A DNA stretch of 64,000 nt from an uncultured delta proteobacterium (GTDB lineage: Bacteria; Desulfobacterota; RBG-13-43-22): NCBI GenBank assembly GCA_963743305.1, contig CAVUPH010000007.1:1-64000 (forward strand), read 5' to 3'. The notes under the pieces were generated by a model. It saw nothing but the letters and a program-made list of their open reading frames with translations. It did no database searches and was not told the DNA's origin. The position numbers and the translations under genes are program-made. Below, piece by piece: positions 41,379 to 51,710 of this stretch. Position 1 is the stretch's first letter, and the number at the start of each line of letters is the position of its first letter.

Positions 41379-42575
41379 TTATTTTTTGGAAGCCCGCGGT
41401 TTATTATGAATTCCGGCTTTTCCCCGGAGGACGTCGATCTTGTCGATCTTTTCCCAGGTGAAACCGGGTTCAGTCCGTCCGAAGTGGCCATAGGCCGCTG
41501 TGTCTTTAAAAATCGGGCGCAACAAGTTCAGATGCCGGATGATGTCGGCCGGTTTGAAACTGAAGGTCTCCCGGATGATGCGGTTTAACTGATCATCGGG
41601 AAGCTTCCCGGTCCCGCGGGTATCCACGAAAATGGAAAGCGGGTCGGCCTGCCCGATGGTATAGGCCACCTGGAGCCGACAGACGTCGGCCAGACCGGCG
41701 GCGACCACGTTTTTGGCCACATAGCGAGCCATGTAGGAAGAACTGCGATCCACCTTGGAGGGATCCTTCCCGGAAAAGGCCCCGCCTCCGTGGCTTCCCC
41801 GGCCCCCGTAGGTGTCGGCGATGATTTTTCGGCCGGTCATACCGCAGTCCCCCAAGGGGCCGCCGACGACGAAACGCCCGGTGGTGTTGATCAAAAACTG
41901 GGTTTTCTTGCTCAGCAAAGAGGCCGGAATGACTTTCTTGATGACGGTTTCAATAATGCCTTCCCGGAGTTTTTTATAGGTGACATCAGGGGTGTGCTGG
42001 GCGGCAATCACCACGGTGGGGATGGAAACCGGTTTTCCATTTAAATACTCCACGGTCACCTGAGTCTTCCCGTCAGGACGGAGGAATTTAAGGATCCCCT
42101 TCTTGCGGACCTCCGCCAGTCGGCGTGCCAGTCGATGGGCGTACCAAATAGGCATGGGCATATAATCTTTGGTTTCGTTGCAGGCGTAACCGAACATCAT
42201 CCCCTGGTCTCCGGCCCCCTGTTCTTTCTTCACGTCTCCGTTGACCCCCTGAGCGATATCCGGAGACTGCTTGTCGATGCTGGTCAAAACGGCGCAGGTC
42301 TCCCAGTCGAAACCCATGGAAGAATCGTTATACCCTATTTCCTTGATGGTCCGCCGGACGATTCCCGGCATTTCCACGTAAGTGTTCGTGGTAATCTCTC
42401 CGGCAATTAGAACCAAACCGGTGGTGACCAGGGTCTCGCAGGCGACGCGGGAGTTGGGGTCATCCTTTAAAATGGCATCCAAGATGGAATCCGAGATCTG
42501 ATCGGCTACTTTGTCCGGATGACCTTCGGTGACCGATTCCGAGGTAAAAAAATAGTTGGCTGAACTCATGGGCAA
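41379..42575 (-). CDS. metK: S-adenosylmethionine synthetase
   Basis: [28 protein letters not shown]. Confidence 0.97.
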   Translation of the reverse strand: MPMSSANYFFTSESVTEGHPDKVADQISDSILDAILKDDPNSRVACETLVTTGLVLIAGEITTNTYVEMPGIVRRTIKEIGYNDSSMGFDWETCAVLTSIDKQSPDIAQGVNGDVKKEQGAGDQGMMFGYACNETKDYMPMPIWYAHRLARRLAEVRKKGILKFLRPDGKTQVTVEYLNGKPVSIPTVVIAAQHTPDVTYKKLREGIIETVIKKVIPASLLSKKTQFLINTTGRFVVGGPLGDCGMTGRKIIADTYGGRGSHGGGAFSGKDPSKVDRSSSYMARYVAKNVVAAGLADVCRLQVAYTIGQADPLSIFVDTRGTGKLPDDQLNRIIRETFSFKPADIIRHLNLLRPIFKDTAAYGHFGRTEPGFTWEKIDKIDVLRGKAGIHNKPRASKK

Positions 42576-42651
42576 CCCTCCTTGAAAAAATAAACCATAT
42601 TAGTCAATCAGTTACAATTGTCAAGCCTTAAATATATGATTGTTCGCCCTT

Positions 42652-42722
42652 TGGAAAACTCTTTCGTCGAGACCCGACGGCCATACCAGATCTGGGAGGT
42701 ACCCACCCCAAAGGGCGAAGCG
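42652..42722 (+). repeat. Dispersed ~70-bp repeat, copy C
   Basis: Matches copies A and B. Confidence 0.8.
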
Positions 42723-42732
42723 GCAAATATAT

Positions 42733-43389
42733 TTAAGCAGACGGCGGGCGGGCGGCGGAGCCGGAAGAAGGGTGGCTGTTGGCCCCCGGGGCGATCAAGC
42801 CTCCGGAAACAATCAGCTTGAAGGCCTCTTCAACGGTCATTTGAAGAAAATGCAGCTCTTTTTTCGGGGCCAGCACGTAATAACCGGTGGTGGGATTGGG
42901 GGTACAGGGGATAAAAATATGCCAGATCGGTTCGCCGGCCTGACGTTCCAGTTCACCCCGGGCCGGGCCCGCGGAGAATCCTATGGAAAATACCCCCTGA
43001 CGAGGGAATTCCAACATCACCACCTGTTTAAAATGGCCGCCCGAATTCAGGAAGATGGCCTCAGTGAATTGTTTTAAGGCCTGGTAAATATTCCGGACTA
43101 TGGGAATTCGGCGTACTAAGGCCTCCCATAAGCCCACCATCTTTTTCCCGGCATAATTGTGGGTCGCTATACCGACCACCAAGAGGAGCAGGGTCAAAAG
43201 GACCAGCCCCAACCCGGGGAGGTGAAACCCCAGCAGGGTGTCAGGGTGGTAGGTCTTGGGGATAACGGAGAGGAATTCATCCATGACCCCGATCAGGGCC
43301 TGGATGATATAGAGGGTGATGGCCACCGGAACGACGACGATCAGCCCGGTGAGGAGGTAACTTTTTATCCAGTTTTTTAGGCGGGACAC
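42733..43389 (-). CDS. DUF502 membrane protein
   Basis: Two TM helices, IPIVRNIY, PCTPNPTTG, EEAFKLIVSGG. Confidence 0.88.
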   Translation of the reverse strand: MSRLKNWIKSYLLTGLIVVVPVAITLYIIQALIGVMDEFLSVIPKTYHPDTLLGFHLPGLGLVLLTLLLLVVGIATHNYAGKKMVGLWEALVRRIPIVRNIYQALKQFTEAIFLNSGGHFKQVVMLEFPRQGVFSIGFSAGPARGELERQAGEPIWHIFIPCTPNPTTGYYVLAPKKELHFLQMTVEEAFKLIVSGGLIAPGANSHPSSGSAARPPSA

Positions 43390-43401
43390 CCCGGGCCTCT
43401 A

Positions 43402-43761
43402 CTAGGCGGCTCTGAGCAAACGGCGATTCCCGGCGTCCACCTGGACGATCTTCGGTTGAAAATTTTTTAGCTCTTGTTCGTTCAGCGCAGCGTAGGTGGC
43501 AATGATGATCAGGTCCCCCACCACTCCTCTGCGGGCGGCCGCTCCGTTCAGGCAGATCTCCCCGCTTCCGCGGGCCCCTTCCACGGCATAGGTTTCAAAT
43601 CGCTCCCCATTGGAAATGTTATAGACGTTGATTTGCTCAAAGGGAAGGATATCGGCGGCTTCCATCAGGTCCAAGTCTATGGTCATACTGCCCTGGTAAT
43701 GGATATTGCTATCCGTGATCGTGGCCCGATGAATTTTGGATTTCAAAAGGTGACGCAGCAT
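43402..43761 (-). CDS. panD: Aspartate 1-decarboxylase
   Basis: [26 protein letters not shown]. Confidence 0.96.
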   Translation of the reverse strand: MLRHLLKSKIHRATITDSNIHYQGSMTIDLDLMEAADILPFEQINVYNISNGERFETYAVEGARGSGEICLNGAAARRGVVGDLIIIATYAALNEQELKNFQPKIVQVDAGNRRLLRAA

Positions 43762-43763
43762 GG

Positions 43764-44612
43764 TTACTCTACCTCCAAGAGACAGTTATCGATCAGTCGG
43801 GTCTTGCCGACCCGGACCGCCAGGGCTAGAATGCCCTGAGGATTGATTGTTTCCAATTCTTTCAGGGTTTGGGGGTGAACGATTTTGGCATAGTCGATCC
43901 GATTTTCCGGGTGGCCGGTCAGAACCCGGGTTACTTCGGCCAGGATTAATCCGGTCTCCCGTTCTCCCTCTCGGCACCTTTTTTGGGCGGCTGAAAGGGA
44001 TTGAGAGAGGGACAGGGCGGCCATTCGGTCCTCCGCGGAAAGATACACATTTCTGGAGCTCATGGCCAACCCGTCGGCTTCCCGAACAGTCGGTCGACCG
44101 ATGACCTCGATGTCCATATTCAGGTCCCGGGTCATTTGCTTAATGGTGACCACCTGTTGGTAGTCCTTCAGCCCGAAAATCGCCATGTGTGGTTTAACTA
44201 ATTGAAACAACTTGCAAACAATGGTGGCTACCCCCCGGAAATGCCCCGCCCGGCTGGCCCCGCATAAGCCCTTAGTGACCTCCTCCACGGAAACGTACGT
44301 CTGATAGTCCTCCGGGTAAAGGTCTTCATGGCGGGGGGTAAAGAGGATATCCATCCCCGCCTCTTCGGCTAGTTGACGGTCCCGCTCGAAGTCGCGGGGG
44401 TATTTTTCGAAATCCTCCCCGACCCCGAACTGCAGGGGGTTGACGAACAGACTGACCACTACCTTATCGGCCACATCCCGGCCGTGGTTCATTAAATTCA
44501 GGTGGCCGGAGTGGAAAAAACCCATGGTCGGCACCAGGGCAATCGTCCGGCCGGTCCGACGTTGATTATCCGCCCAAGATTGCATGACTTTAAGTTCTTG
44601 AATGATCTCCAT
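43764..44612 (-). CDS. panC: Pantoate--beta-alanine ligase
   Basis: [28 protein letters not shown]. Confidence 0.96.
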   Translation of the reverse strand: MEIIQELKVMQSWADNQRRTGRTIALVPTMGFFHSGHLNLMNHGRDVADKVVVSLFVNPLQFGVGEDFEKYPRDFERDRQLAEEAGMDILFTPRHEDLYPEDYQTYVSVEEVTKGLCGASRAGHFRGVATIVCKLFQLVKPHMAIFGLKDYQQVVTIKQMTRDLNMDIEVIGRPTVREADGLAMSSRNVYLSAEDRMAALSLSQSLSAAQKRCREGERETGLILAEVTRVLTGHPENRIDYAKIVHPQTLKELETINPQGILALAVRVGKTRLIDNCLLEVE

Positions 44613-44628
44613 TTGCGAGCCCGTCAAA

Positions 44629-44720
44629 CAAAAAAAAACCCCCGGACTTCTCCCAGAGGCTGTTCAGCGCTTTTTCAGGAAGTCTCAGTCCAATCCGCTT
44701 GGATCCAAGCCGCCAAGTTA
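44629..44720 (-). ncRNA. pan RNA motif leader with terminator
   Basis: GCTTGGATCC..GGACTGAGAC followed by hairpin plus U-run directly upstream of panC; matches my recollection of the pan motif consensus; promoter TTGACA-17-TATACT at 44762-44734. Confidence 0.7.
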
Positions 44721-44819
44721 AATTAACTTAAACAGTATAATTTTTTTAATTCAGAATGTCAACTATCATGTGATGGTCTTTTATAATCATGGAGAAGGAC
44801 TTCTCCGAAGAGAGTTTTC

Positions 44820-44997
44820 TTGACGGCTGGAACCCTTCGGGTTATACTCTTTATTATGTTGATGTTATTAGTATTATGGCGACCTTGCAGACCACCGATT
44901 CCATCTACCCGTACCAGTAGACAACTTTAACCACCAACCCCTGGTGATTTGTTCCCTGAGAAGAATCAGGTCTTCAAAGGGATTTCACCATTTTTTG
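44820..44997 (+). ncRNA. Orphan small transcript candidate (sRNA or leaderless 24-aa ORF)
   Basis: TTGACG-17-TATACT; ATG at 44856 to TAA at 44930; hairpin TGGTGA..TCACCA plus T-run. Confidence 0.4.
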
Positions 44998-45100
44998 CGA
45001 GAGCTTAGGAAACTCGGAGGGTATTTCAGAGGGTTGAATTCCCTTGACATATAACGACTTTTGATTATAGTAAACAGTTTATTTTAATTGCGGATAGACT

Positions 45101-45640
45101 TTGATGGCTGATTTAGCCCCGAAGACGAAAATTATCCCGGTAGAAGCCATCCTCCGGGAGCGCTTGACCATAAACCAGGTCCTTGACCGGGACTGGTTAA
45201 AAGAGCAGATCCGGGAAAGAAATCTGGACTTTTCCACCGTTGGAGACTTCTCTTTGGCCGGAGATCTTTTCGCTGCCGGATCGGAGATTTTTTTTCGAGG
45301 ACGCCTGAAAGCGGAGTTTCGTCTTTCCTGCGGTCGGTGTCTGGAAGAATTCAGCATCAAAATGGACGATCCGCTGGAAGCGCAATGGCGGGTGTTCAGT
45401 CCCCCGGGGTTGAAAGGCGGCGGGAACCTGGATCAAAGGATTCAGTTGGAGGACCTGGAAACCGGGGTCAGGCAGGAAGGTGGGATTGATCTTTGGGAGA
45501 CGATGCTGGAACAGGTTATTCTGCATCTTCCCATGCGGCCTTTGTGCCGTGATTCCTGTCAAGGTTTGTGTCCGGTCTGCGGCGAAAATAGAAATATCCA
45601 CCCCTGCCGGTGCGGAGAAAAGGGGAAAAACGACAATTGA
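45101..45640 (+). CDS. yceD: DUF177/YceD family protein
   Basis: CGRCLE; P..PLC..C.GLCPVCG.N; upstream of rpmF. Confidence 0.9.
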   Translation: MMADLAPKTKIIPVEAILRERLTINQVLDRDWLKEQIRERNLDFSTVGDFSLAGDLFAAGSEIFFRGRLKAEFRLSCGRCLEEFSIKMDDPLEAQWRVFSPPGLKGGGNLDQRIQLEDLETGVRQEGGIDLWETMLEQVILHLPMRPLCRDSCQGLCPVCGENRNIHPCRCGEKGKNDN

Positions 45641-45691
45641 TGACCTCGCAAAAAGTCAAAATACAGCTTAGCTGATTCTGGAGGAAACGCA

Positions 45692-45874
45692 ATGGCTTTA
45701 CCTAAAAGAAGACATTCCCGGTCGCGGCAGGGAAAAAGGCGGGCCCATGATGCCTTGACGGCTCCGTCTCTGTCCGTCTGCCCGCAGTGCCACGAACCCA
45801 AACTTCCCCATTTTGTCTGTCCCTCCTGCGGGACCTATCGTGGGCGGAAAGTGGTTGTTCAGGAAGAGGAATAG
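45692..45874 (+). CDS. rpmF: 50S ribosomal protein L32
   Basis: [25 protein letters not shown]. Confidence 0.97.
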   Translation: MALPKRRHSRSRQGKRRAHDALTAPSLSVCPQCHEPKLPHFVCPSCGTYRGRKVVVQEEE

Positions 45875-45907
45875 GGATCAGCGCGGGACCATCCAACTTG
45901 GGCCGGC

Positions 45908-46987
45908 TTGGGGAATCAATTTTTGAATCCGATTAGAATTGCCGTCGATGCCATGGGCGGGGATCAGGCGCCGAGCGCCGCGGTACTGGGGGCTGTTCTG
46001 GCCACCAGGGAACTGGGCATCCCTATTGTCCTGGTGGGGAACCCCGAGGCCATTAAGCAGGGATTGGCCGGACAAACATTTAACCGGGAGCTGATAACCA
46101 TCCACCCGGCTGCGCAAGTGGCCGAGATGAGCGATGCCCCCATCGAGGTCATTCGAAAAAAGAAGGATGCCTCCATTCGGGTAGCCTTGGAGCTGGTCAA
46201 AAGGGGGGAAGTCCAGGGGGTAGTCAGCGCCGGGAACTCCGGCGCCACCATGGCCTTAGGGGTAGTGGTCCTGGGCAAGCTGCCCGGGGTGGACCGTCCG
46301 GCCTTAGGGGCTATTTTACCTTCCCCCCATACCCCGACGCTGGTCATCGACGTAGGGGCCAATGTGGATTGTTCGGCATCCCAGTTGATCCAGTTCGCCA
46401 TCATGGCCGAACCCCTGGCTCGGTATATCATGAAACGGCCGAATCCCCGGATCGGCCTGTTGAGCATCGGGGAGGAAGAGTCCAAAGGAAATGAACTGGT
46501 TCACCAGACCTTCGAGGGGTTGAAGAAGACCCCCTTGAATTTCATCGGCAATGTGGAAGGACGAGACCTATTCAGCGGGAAGGTCGACGTGATCGTTTGC
46601 GACGGATTCGTGGGGAATGTCTGCCTTAAATTGAGTGAGGGACTGGCCGAAGCCCTTGGCCAGATGCTGAAGCAAGAAGTCCTCAAGGCGGGCCTGGTTT
46701 CCAAGCTGGGGTCTCAATTGATGAAGCCGGCTTTTAATCGTTTTTTTAAAAGGGTGGATTACGCCGAAGAGGGAGGGGTTCCTCTTCTGGGGGTCAACGG
46801 GGTAGTGGTCATCAGCCACGGGGCTTCCGGACCCAAGGCCATCATGAATGCCGTTCGGGTGGCCCGGCGGGCGGTTGAGAACCGGATCATCGACCAGGTT
46901 CTCGATTCTTTGAACCGGCACGAGCCTTTCTATCGAAAAAATAAACCCCAACGCTTTTGGGAGAGCTTCCGGAAGAAAACCGGGTAA
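45908..46987 (+). CDS. plsX: Phosphate acyltransferase
   Basis: IAVDAMGGD, SAGNSGA, DVGANVD, CDGFVGN. Confidence 0.96.
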   Translation: MGNQFLNPIRIAVDAMGGDQAPSAAVLGAVLATRELGIPIVLVGNPEAIKQGLAGQTFNRELITIHPAAQVAEMSDAPIEVIRKKKDASIRVALELVKRGEVQGVVSAGNSGATMALGVVVLGKLPGVDRPALGAILPSPHTPTLVIDVGANVDCSASQLIQFAIMAEPLARYIMKRPNPRIGLLSIGEEESKGNELVHQTFEGLKKTPLNFIGNVEGRDLFSGKVDVIVCDGFVGNVCLKLSEGLAEALGQMLKQEVLKAGLVSKLGSQLMKPAFNRFFKRVDYAEEGGVPLLGVNGVVVISHGASGPKAIMNAVRVARRAVENRIIDQVLDSLNRHEPFYRKNKPQRFWESFRKKTG

Positions 46988-46993
46988 CGGCCT

Positions 46994-47082
46994 AAATCCC
47001 CCCTGGCCCCTCCTTTGCTAAGGAGGGGAATAAATTCCACTGGACTCCTCCCTTTTTTAAAGGGAGGTTGGGAGGGATTTTT
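46994..47082. repeat. REP-like double-hairpin element
   Basis: AAATCCCCCCTGGCCCCTCCTTTGCTAAGGAGGGG ... CTCCCTTTTTTAAAGGGAGGTTGGGAGGGATTT. Confidence 0.6.
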
Positions 47083-47153
47083 CAGAGGATTTTGAATAAA
47101 GCAATAATCGGTTCGAGATACCGAACCAGGAAATATAGAATGAGGGGTTCAAC

Positions 47154-48314
47154 ATGGATTACTTCCTGACCGAAGAGCAGCAGATGATTAAAGAGATTGC
47201 CCGAAAAATCGCCGATGAGCGCATCAAACCGGTTCGGGCTGAATTGGATGAAAAGGAGGAATTCCCCTGGGATATTCTTAAGCTGATCGGCCAGTCGGAC
47301 CTCTTTGGCGTCTATATACCCCAGGAATACGGCGGTTTCGGGGGAGGGAGCTTCGAAAATTGTCTGGCTGTGGAGGAATTGTCCCGGGCCTGTCTGGGCG
47401 TTTCCACCAGTTACGCGGCCAGCGCCCTGGGGGCGTACCCGCTCCTTTTATACGGCAACGAAGAGCAGAAGAAAAGATATTTGCCCGAAATCGCCAGCGG
47501 CCGGAAGCTGGCCGCTTTCGCGCTGACCGAATCCACGGCCGGCAGTGATGCCAGCGGCATCATGACTACGGCGGAATTAAAGGGGAATGACTATATCCTC
47601 AACGGCACGAAACAATGGATTACCAATGGGGGCGAGGCGGAGATCTATACCGTGATCGCCATCACCGACCGCAGCAAGGGCCCTCGCGGGGCCAGCGCCT
47701 TTATCCTGGAAAAGGGCGATCCCGGTTTTGATTTCGGTAAGAAAGAAAGTAAAATGGGTATACGGGCCTCGGCCACCCGGGAACTGATTTTCAACCAATG
47801 CCGGATCCCCAAAGACCGGTTGATCGCCCGGGAGGGGATGGGTTTTATCGTGGCCATGAAAACCTTCGACCAGTCCCGTCCCGGGGTGGGGGCTCAAGGG
47901 GTCGGCTTGGCCCAGGGGGCGCTGGAGGAGGCCGTCCAATACGCCCGTACCCGCGTCCAATTCGGCAAACCCATTATAGCCTTTCAAGCCATCCAGCACC
48001 TGCTGGCTGACATGGCTACGCTGACCGAGGCGGCCCGAGCCCTGGTGTACTCGGTGGCCCGGTATGTCGACAGCGGGGCCAAGGAGGTATCCAAGGTGTC
48101 CGCCATGGCCAAAGTCTTCGCCAGCGACGCGGCCATGAAAGTGACTACCGACGCCGTTCAAGTTTTTGGAGGGACCGGATACATGCGGGATTACCCGGTT
48201 GAAAAGATGATGCGTGATGCCAAGATCCTGCAAATCTACGAGGGAACCAACCAGGTTCAGCGCAACATCATCGGCCAGGAGCTGAATAAGGAAGGCGGAA
48301 GGAAGAAAAGCTGA
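47154..48314 (+). CDS. Acyl-CoA dehydrogenase (Bcd-like)
   Basis: FALTESTAGSD, NGTKQWITNG, R.QFGKPI, QIYEGTNQVQR. Confidence 0.95.
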   Translation: MDYFLTEEQQMIKEIARKIADERIKPVRAELDEKEEFPWDILKLIGQSDLFGVYIPQEYGGFGGGSFENCLAVEELSRACLGVSTSYAASALGAYPLLLYGNEEQKKRYLPEIASGRKLAAFALTESTAGSDASGIMTTAELKGNDYILNGTKQWITNGGEAEIYTVIAITDRSKGPRGASAFILEKGDPGFDFGKKESKMGIRASATRELIFNQCRIPKDRLIAREGMGFIVAMKTFDQSRPGVGAQGVGLAQGALEEAVQYARTRVQFGKPIIAFQAIQHLLADMATLTEAARALVYSVARYVDSGAKEVSKVSAMAKVFASDAAMKVTTDAVQVFGGTGYMRDYPVEKMMRDAKILQIYEGTNQVQRNIIGQELNKEGGRKKS

Positions 48315-48315
48315 A

Positions 48316-48460
48316 GACGCGAAGCGCGGAGCGCAGAGCGCTGAGCGCCAAAAAAGAAGCTTCTGGCCAGATTCCTTGTCGGAACAGGTAAAAGAGCATC
48401 AGCAAAATAATTTTCGAAAGATTTTGGTCTTAACGCTCCGCGCTCCGCGCCTTGCGCTTC
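48316..48460. repeat. Inverted heptamer tandem repeats (GCGC(G/A)GA-type)
   Basis: GCGCGGA GCGCAGA GCGCTGA ... CGCTCCG CGCTCCG CGCCTTG. Confidence 0.6.
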
Positions 48461-48483
48461 GCCAATAATATCGATTCCATAGC

Positions 48484-49311
48484 ATGCATATCATCGTTTG
48501 TATCAAACAGGTCCCCGATGCCCGGCAGGTCAGGCTGGATCCGGAGACCCATACCCTGATTCGTACCGGGGTGGAAAGCATCATCAATCCGTACGACATG
48601 TATGCCCTGGAAGAAGGGTTGCGGCTCAAAGAGCGGTTGGGAGGCACCGTGACGGTGCTGACCATGGGCCCGCCACAGGCCGAGGCCGCGTTACGGGAGG
48701 CCATTTCCTACGGGGCGGATGAGGCGGTATTGCTTTCGGACCGGGCCTTTGCCGGGGCCGATACCTGGGCGACTACCTATACCCTGGCCCGGGGCGTTGA
48801 AAAAATCGGTCCCTTTGATTTGATCCTTTGCGGCAAGCAAGCCGTAGACGGGGACACCGCCCAGGTAGGACCCGGGCTGGCCGAACGGCTTTCTCTGCCC
48901 TATGCCGCCTGGGTGCGAAAGATCGAAACCCTGGAGCAGGGGTTGATCCGGGTCCAACGCCTGATGGATGACGGCTACGATCGTCTGGAACTTGCCCTTC
49001 CGGCCCTGCTGACCGTGGTTAAGGAGATCAATGAACCGCGGGTTCCTTCATTGAAAGGGAAGATGCGGGCCAAGAGTCAGAAGATCCCCCTTTACGGCGC
49101 AGCCGCTATCGGGGCCGATCCCCAGCAGACCGGTCTGGCCGGTTCCTATACCCAGGTCATTCGGATTTTCGCCCCGGTGCGCGCCCGGGAAAAGGAGTGG
49201 TTGACGGGTTCGGTGGAGAACCAGGTGGGGCAGCTCCTTCAAAAATTATCCGCCCGGCAATTAATACCTGCTGCTATTTCCTGTTCGAGGTCAGCGCACG
49301 ATGGGTTCTGA
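48484..49311 (+). CDS. etfB: Electron transfer flavoprotein beta subunit
   Basis: CIKQVPD, DRAFAGADTWAT, GKQAVDGDTAQVG. Confidence 0.96.
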   Translation: MHIIVCIKQVPDARQVRLDPETHTLIRTGVESIINPYDMYALEEGLRLKERLGGTVTVLTMGPPQAEAALREAISYGADEAVLLSDRAFAGADTWATTYTLARGVEKIGPFDLILCGKQAVDGDTAQVGPGLAERLSLPYAAWVRKIETLEQGLIRVQRLMDDGYDRLELALPALLTVVKEINEPRVPSLKGKMRAKSQKIPLYGAAAIGADPQQTGLAGSYTQVIRIFAPVRAREKEWLTGSVENQVGQLLQKLSARQLIPAAISCSRSAHDGF

Positions 49312-50500
49312 AATTTTGATCGACTTAGAGCGGTGTTCCGGTTGCGAAAGCTGTCTGGAAGTCTGCCCCTTCAGTGCGCTGGAATGGCGCGACGGAAAAC
49401 CAGTGGTCAACGACCAATGCACTCTCTGCGGGGCCTGCGCCGAGGTTTGCCCGGAAGAAGCGATTACCCTTCCGGAAAGGGCTTCGGCGAGCGGTCCGGA
49501 AGCAGGCTATCAGGGCGTGATGGTTTTTGCTGAACAGCGTCTGGGGCGATTGGCGGATGTGGCCTTTGAACTGCTGGCCAAGGGCCGCGAATTGGCCGGT
49601 ACCCTGGGCGTGAGCCTGACGGCGGCCTTATTCGGGCGGAATCTGGCCCCCTTGGCGGCGGAGCTGGTGGCGCAGGGGGCCGATCGGGTCTATACGGTGG
49701 ATCATCCCCGGGTGGAGGGATTTACCGACGAAGCTTACGGGGAGGCCCTGACCCAGATTATCCGGGCGGTACGGCCGGAAATCCTGCTGGCCGGCGCCAC
49801 CTCCGTCGGCCGTTCCTTTATCCCCAAAGTGGCCACCCAGGTGGGCACGGGGTTGACGGCTGACTGCACCGATTTAACTATCGATCCGGAAAAAAAACAT
49901 CTGCTGCAGACCCGTCCGGCCTTTGGGGGCAATATTATGGCCACCATTATCTGTCCGCGGAGGCGTCCGCAAATGGCCACGGTCAGAGCCCGGGTGATGA
50001 AACGAGGGTCGGTACAGCCCGGACGACCCGGGGAAGTGATTCCCTTTGAGGTGGATTGGAAACGGGCGCCCGGTAAGACCAGGCTGCTGGAAATTGTCGA
50101 AGAACTTACGGAGAAAGTGCGGCTGGCCGAAGCCGATATTATCGTGACGGGAGGCCGGGGTTTGCAGGAGGGAAAAAATTTTTCTCTGATCCGGGAATTG
50201 GCCGATTGTCTGGGCGGGGCCGTGGGGGCCTCCCGGGGGGCGGTGGATTCGGACTGGATTCCCTACGCCCATCAAGTGGGGCAAACCGGGAAGACCGTGG
50301 CCCCTAAATTGTATCTGGCCGTCGGCGTTTCCGGGGCGGTCCAGCATTTGGTGGGGATGCAGTCCTCCGAAACCATTGTGGCCGTGAACATTGATCCCCA
50401 GGCCCCTATCTTTGAGGTGGCCACCTATGGTATAGTGGGCGACCTTTTTGAGGTGGTCCCGGAGATGATCCGGCAATTAAAAGCGGCTGGGGGGCGGTAA
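49301..50500 (+). CDS. etfA: Electron transfer flavoprotein alpha subunit with N-terminal 2[4Fe-4S] ferredoxin domain
   Basis: [12 protein letters not shown] and [12 protein letters not shown]; GLTADCT; QVGQTGKTV. Confidence 0.96.
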   Translation: MGSEILIDLERCSGCESCLEVCPFSALEWRDGKPVVNDQCTLCGACAEVCPEEAITLPERASASGPEAGYQGVMVFAEQRLGRLADVAFELLAKGRELAGTLGVSLTAALFGRNLAPLAAELVAQGADRVYTVDHPRVEGFTDEAYGEALTQIIRAVRPEILLAGATSVGRSFIPKVATQVGTGLTADCTDLTIDPEKKHLLQTRPAFGGNIMATIICPRRRPQMATVRARVMKRGSVQPGRPGEVIPFEVDWKRAPGKTRLLEIVEELTEKVRLAEADIIVTGGRGLQEGKNFSLIRELADCLGGAVGASRGAVDSDWIPYAHQVGQTGKTVAPKLYLAVGVSGAVQHLVGMQSSETIVAVNIDPQAPIFEVATYGIVGDLFEVVPEMIRQLKAAGGR

Positions 50501-50517
50501 AGCCTAAGGGAGGACGT

Positions 50518-51261
50518 ATGTCGGAACAGAAGATGATATTAATTACCGGAGCTTCCCGAGGGATCGGCCGGGCCATCGCCCTGCGGCTGGCCCAGCCGGG
50601 GGTTGTCCTCCTGTTGAACCATTACGACCGGGAACCGGACGCGGCCGAACAAACACTGCAGGACATTGTGGAGCGGGGCGCTCAAGGAAAGATTTACTAT
50701 TACAATGTGGCCGACTTCCAGGAAACCCAAGCTCAGGTGGAAGGGATGCTGACGGAATGGGGTCGGATCGAGGTGCTGGTCAATAATGCCGGCATCACCC
50801 GAGACACCCTGTTGATGCGCATGAAAGAAGAAGATTGGGACCTGGTGCTGAACATCAATCTCAAGGGCGTTTATAACTCCACTCAGGCGGTCATTCGCTC
50901 CATGATTAAAAATAAGTCCGGTAAGATCGTCAACATCGCCTCGGTGGTCGGAGCTATAGGAAATGCCGGGCAATCCAATTACGCCGCTTCCAAGGCGGGG
51001 ATCATCGGGTTCAGTAAATCGGTGGCTAAGGAAGTAGCCGGTCGGGGCATTACAGTCAACGCCGTGGCCCCCGGTTTTATCGACACGGAAATGACCGCCG
51101 TTCTACCTGCACCGGTACGCCAGGAATTTTTGAAATCCATCCCCATGGGCCGCAGCGGGCAACCCGAGGAGGTGGCCGAACTGGTGGCCTTCCTGATCTC
51201 GGGAGCGGCCGCCTATATTACCGGCCAGGTGATTCATATCAACGGGGGGATGTATATGTAA
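50518..51261 (+). CDS. fabG: 3-oxoacyl-ACP reductase
   Basis: TGASRGIG, NNAGITRD, GNAGQSNYAASK. Confidence 0.96.
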   Translation: MSEQKMILITGASRGIGRAIALRLAQPGVVLLLNHYDREPDAAEQTLQDIVERGAQGKIYYYNVADFQETQAQVEGMLTEWGRIEVLVNNAGITRDTLLMRMKEEDWDLVLNINLKGVYNSTQAVIRSMIKNKSGKIVNIASVVGAIGNAGQSNYAASKAGIIGFSKSVAKEVAGRGITVNAVAPGFIDTEMTAVLPAPVRQEFLKSIPMGRSGQPEEVAELVAFLISGAAAYITGQVIHINGGMYM

Positions 51262-51434
51262 GGGGCTCGGATGAGTCCCCCCCTTCGAAATATGAAAATA
51301 AGGGGCGACAGAATACACCGGACATTAATAGTTAATAATCAATTGTTAATTATTAATTATTATTCCATGCCTTGTGATGCCGAATTATACAATCATAATA
51401 AAGTAAGTAAGCAAGTAAAGGAGGGTAATCACCC

Positions 51435-51668
51435 ATGACTGTCGAAGAAAAAGTTAAAGCTATTATTCGTGAACAGTTGAGTGTTTCCGAGGAGGACGTG
51501 GTTTCCCAGGCCTCCTTTGTGGATGACTTGGGAGCGGATTCTTTGGACCTGGTGGAAATGATCATGGCCATGGAGGAAGCCTTTAATATTTCGATTGCTG
51601 ATGAAGATGCCGAGAAAATAAAAACCGTTCAAGACGCCATAAATTATGTGCAGGAACATTCCAAGTAA
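51435..51668 (+). CDS. acpP: Acyl carrier protein
   Basis: DLGADSLD. Confidence 0.97.
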   Translation: MTVEEKVKAIIREQLSVSEEDVVSQASFVDDLGADSLDLVEMIMAMEEAFNISIADEDAEKIKTVQDAINYVQEHSK

Positions 51669-51710
51669 CGGGAAGCCAAACCCCTGCTCCCCGGTGTGAG
51701 GAGGTAGGTC

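Noticed and set aside
42576-42732. SAM/SAH riboswitch upstream of metK
   Set aside because: No SAM-I or SAH consensus recognised; the structured sequence there is the dispersed repeat also found next to unrelated genes.
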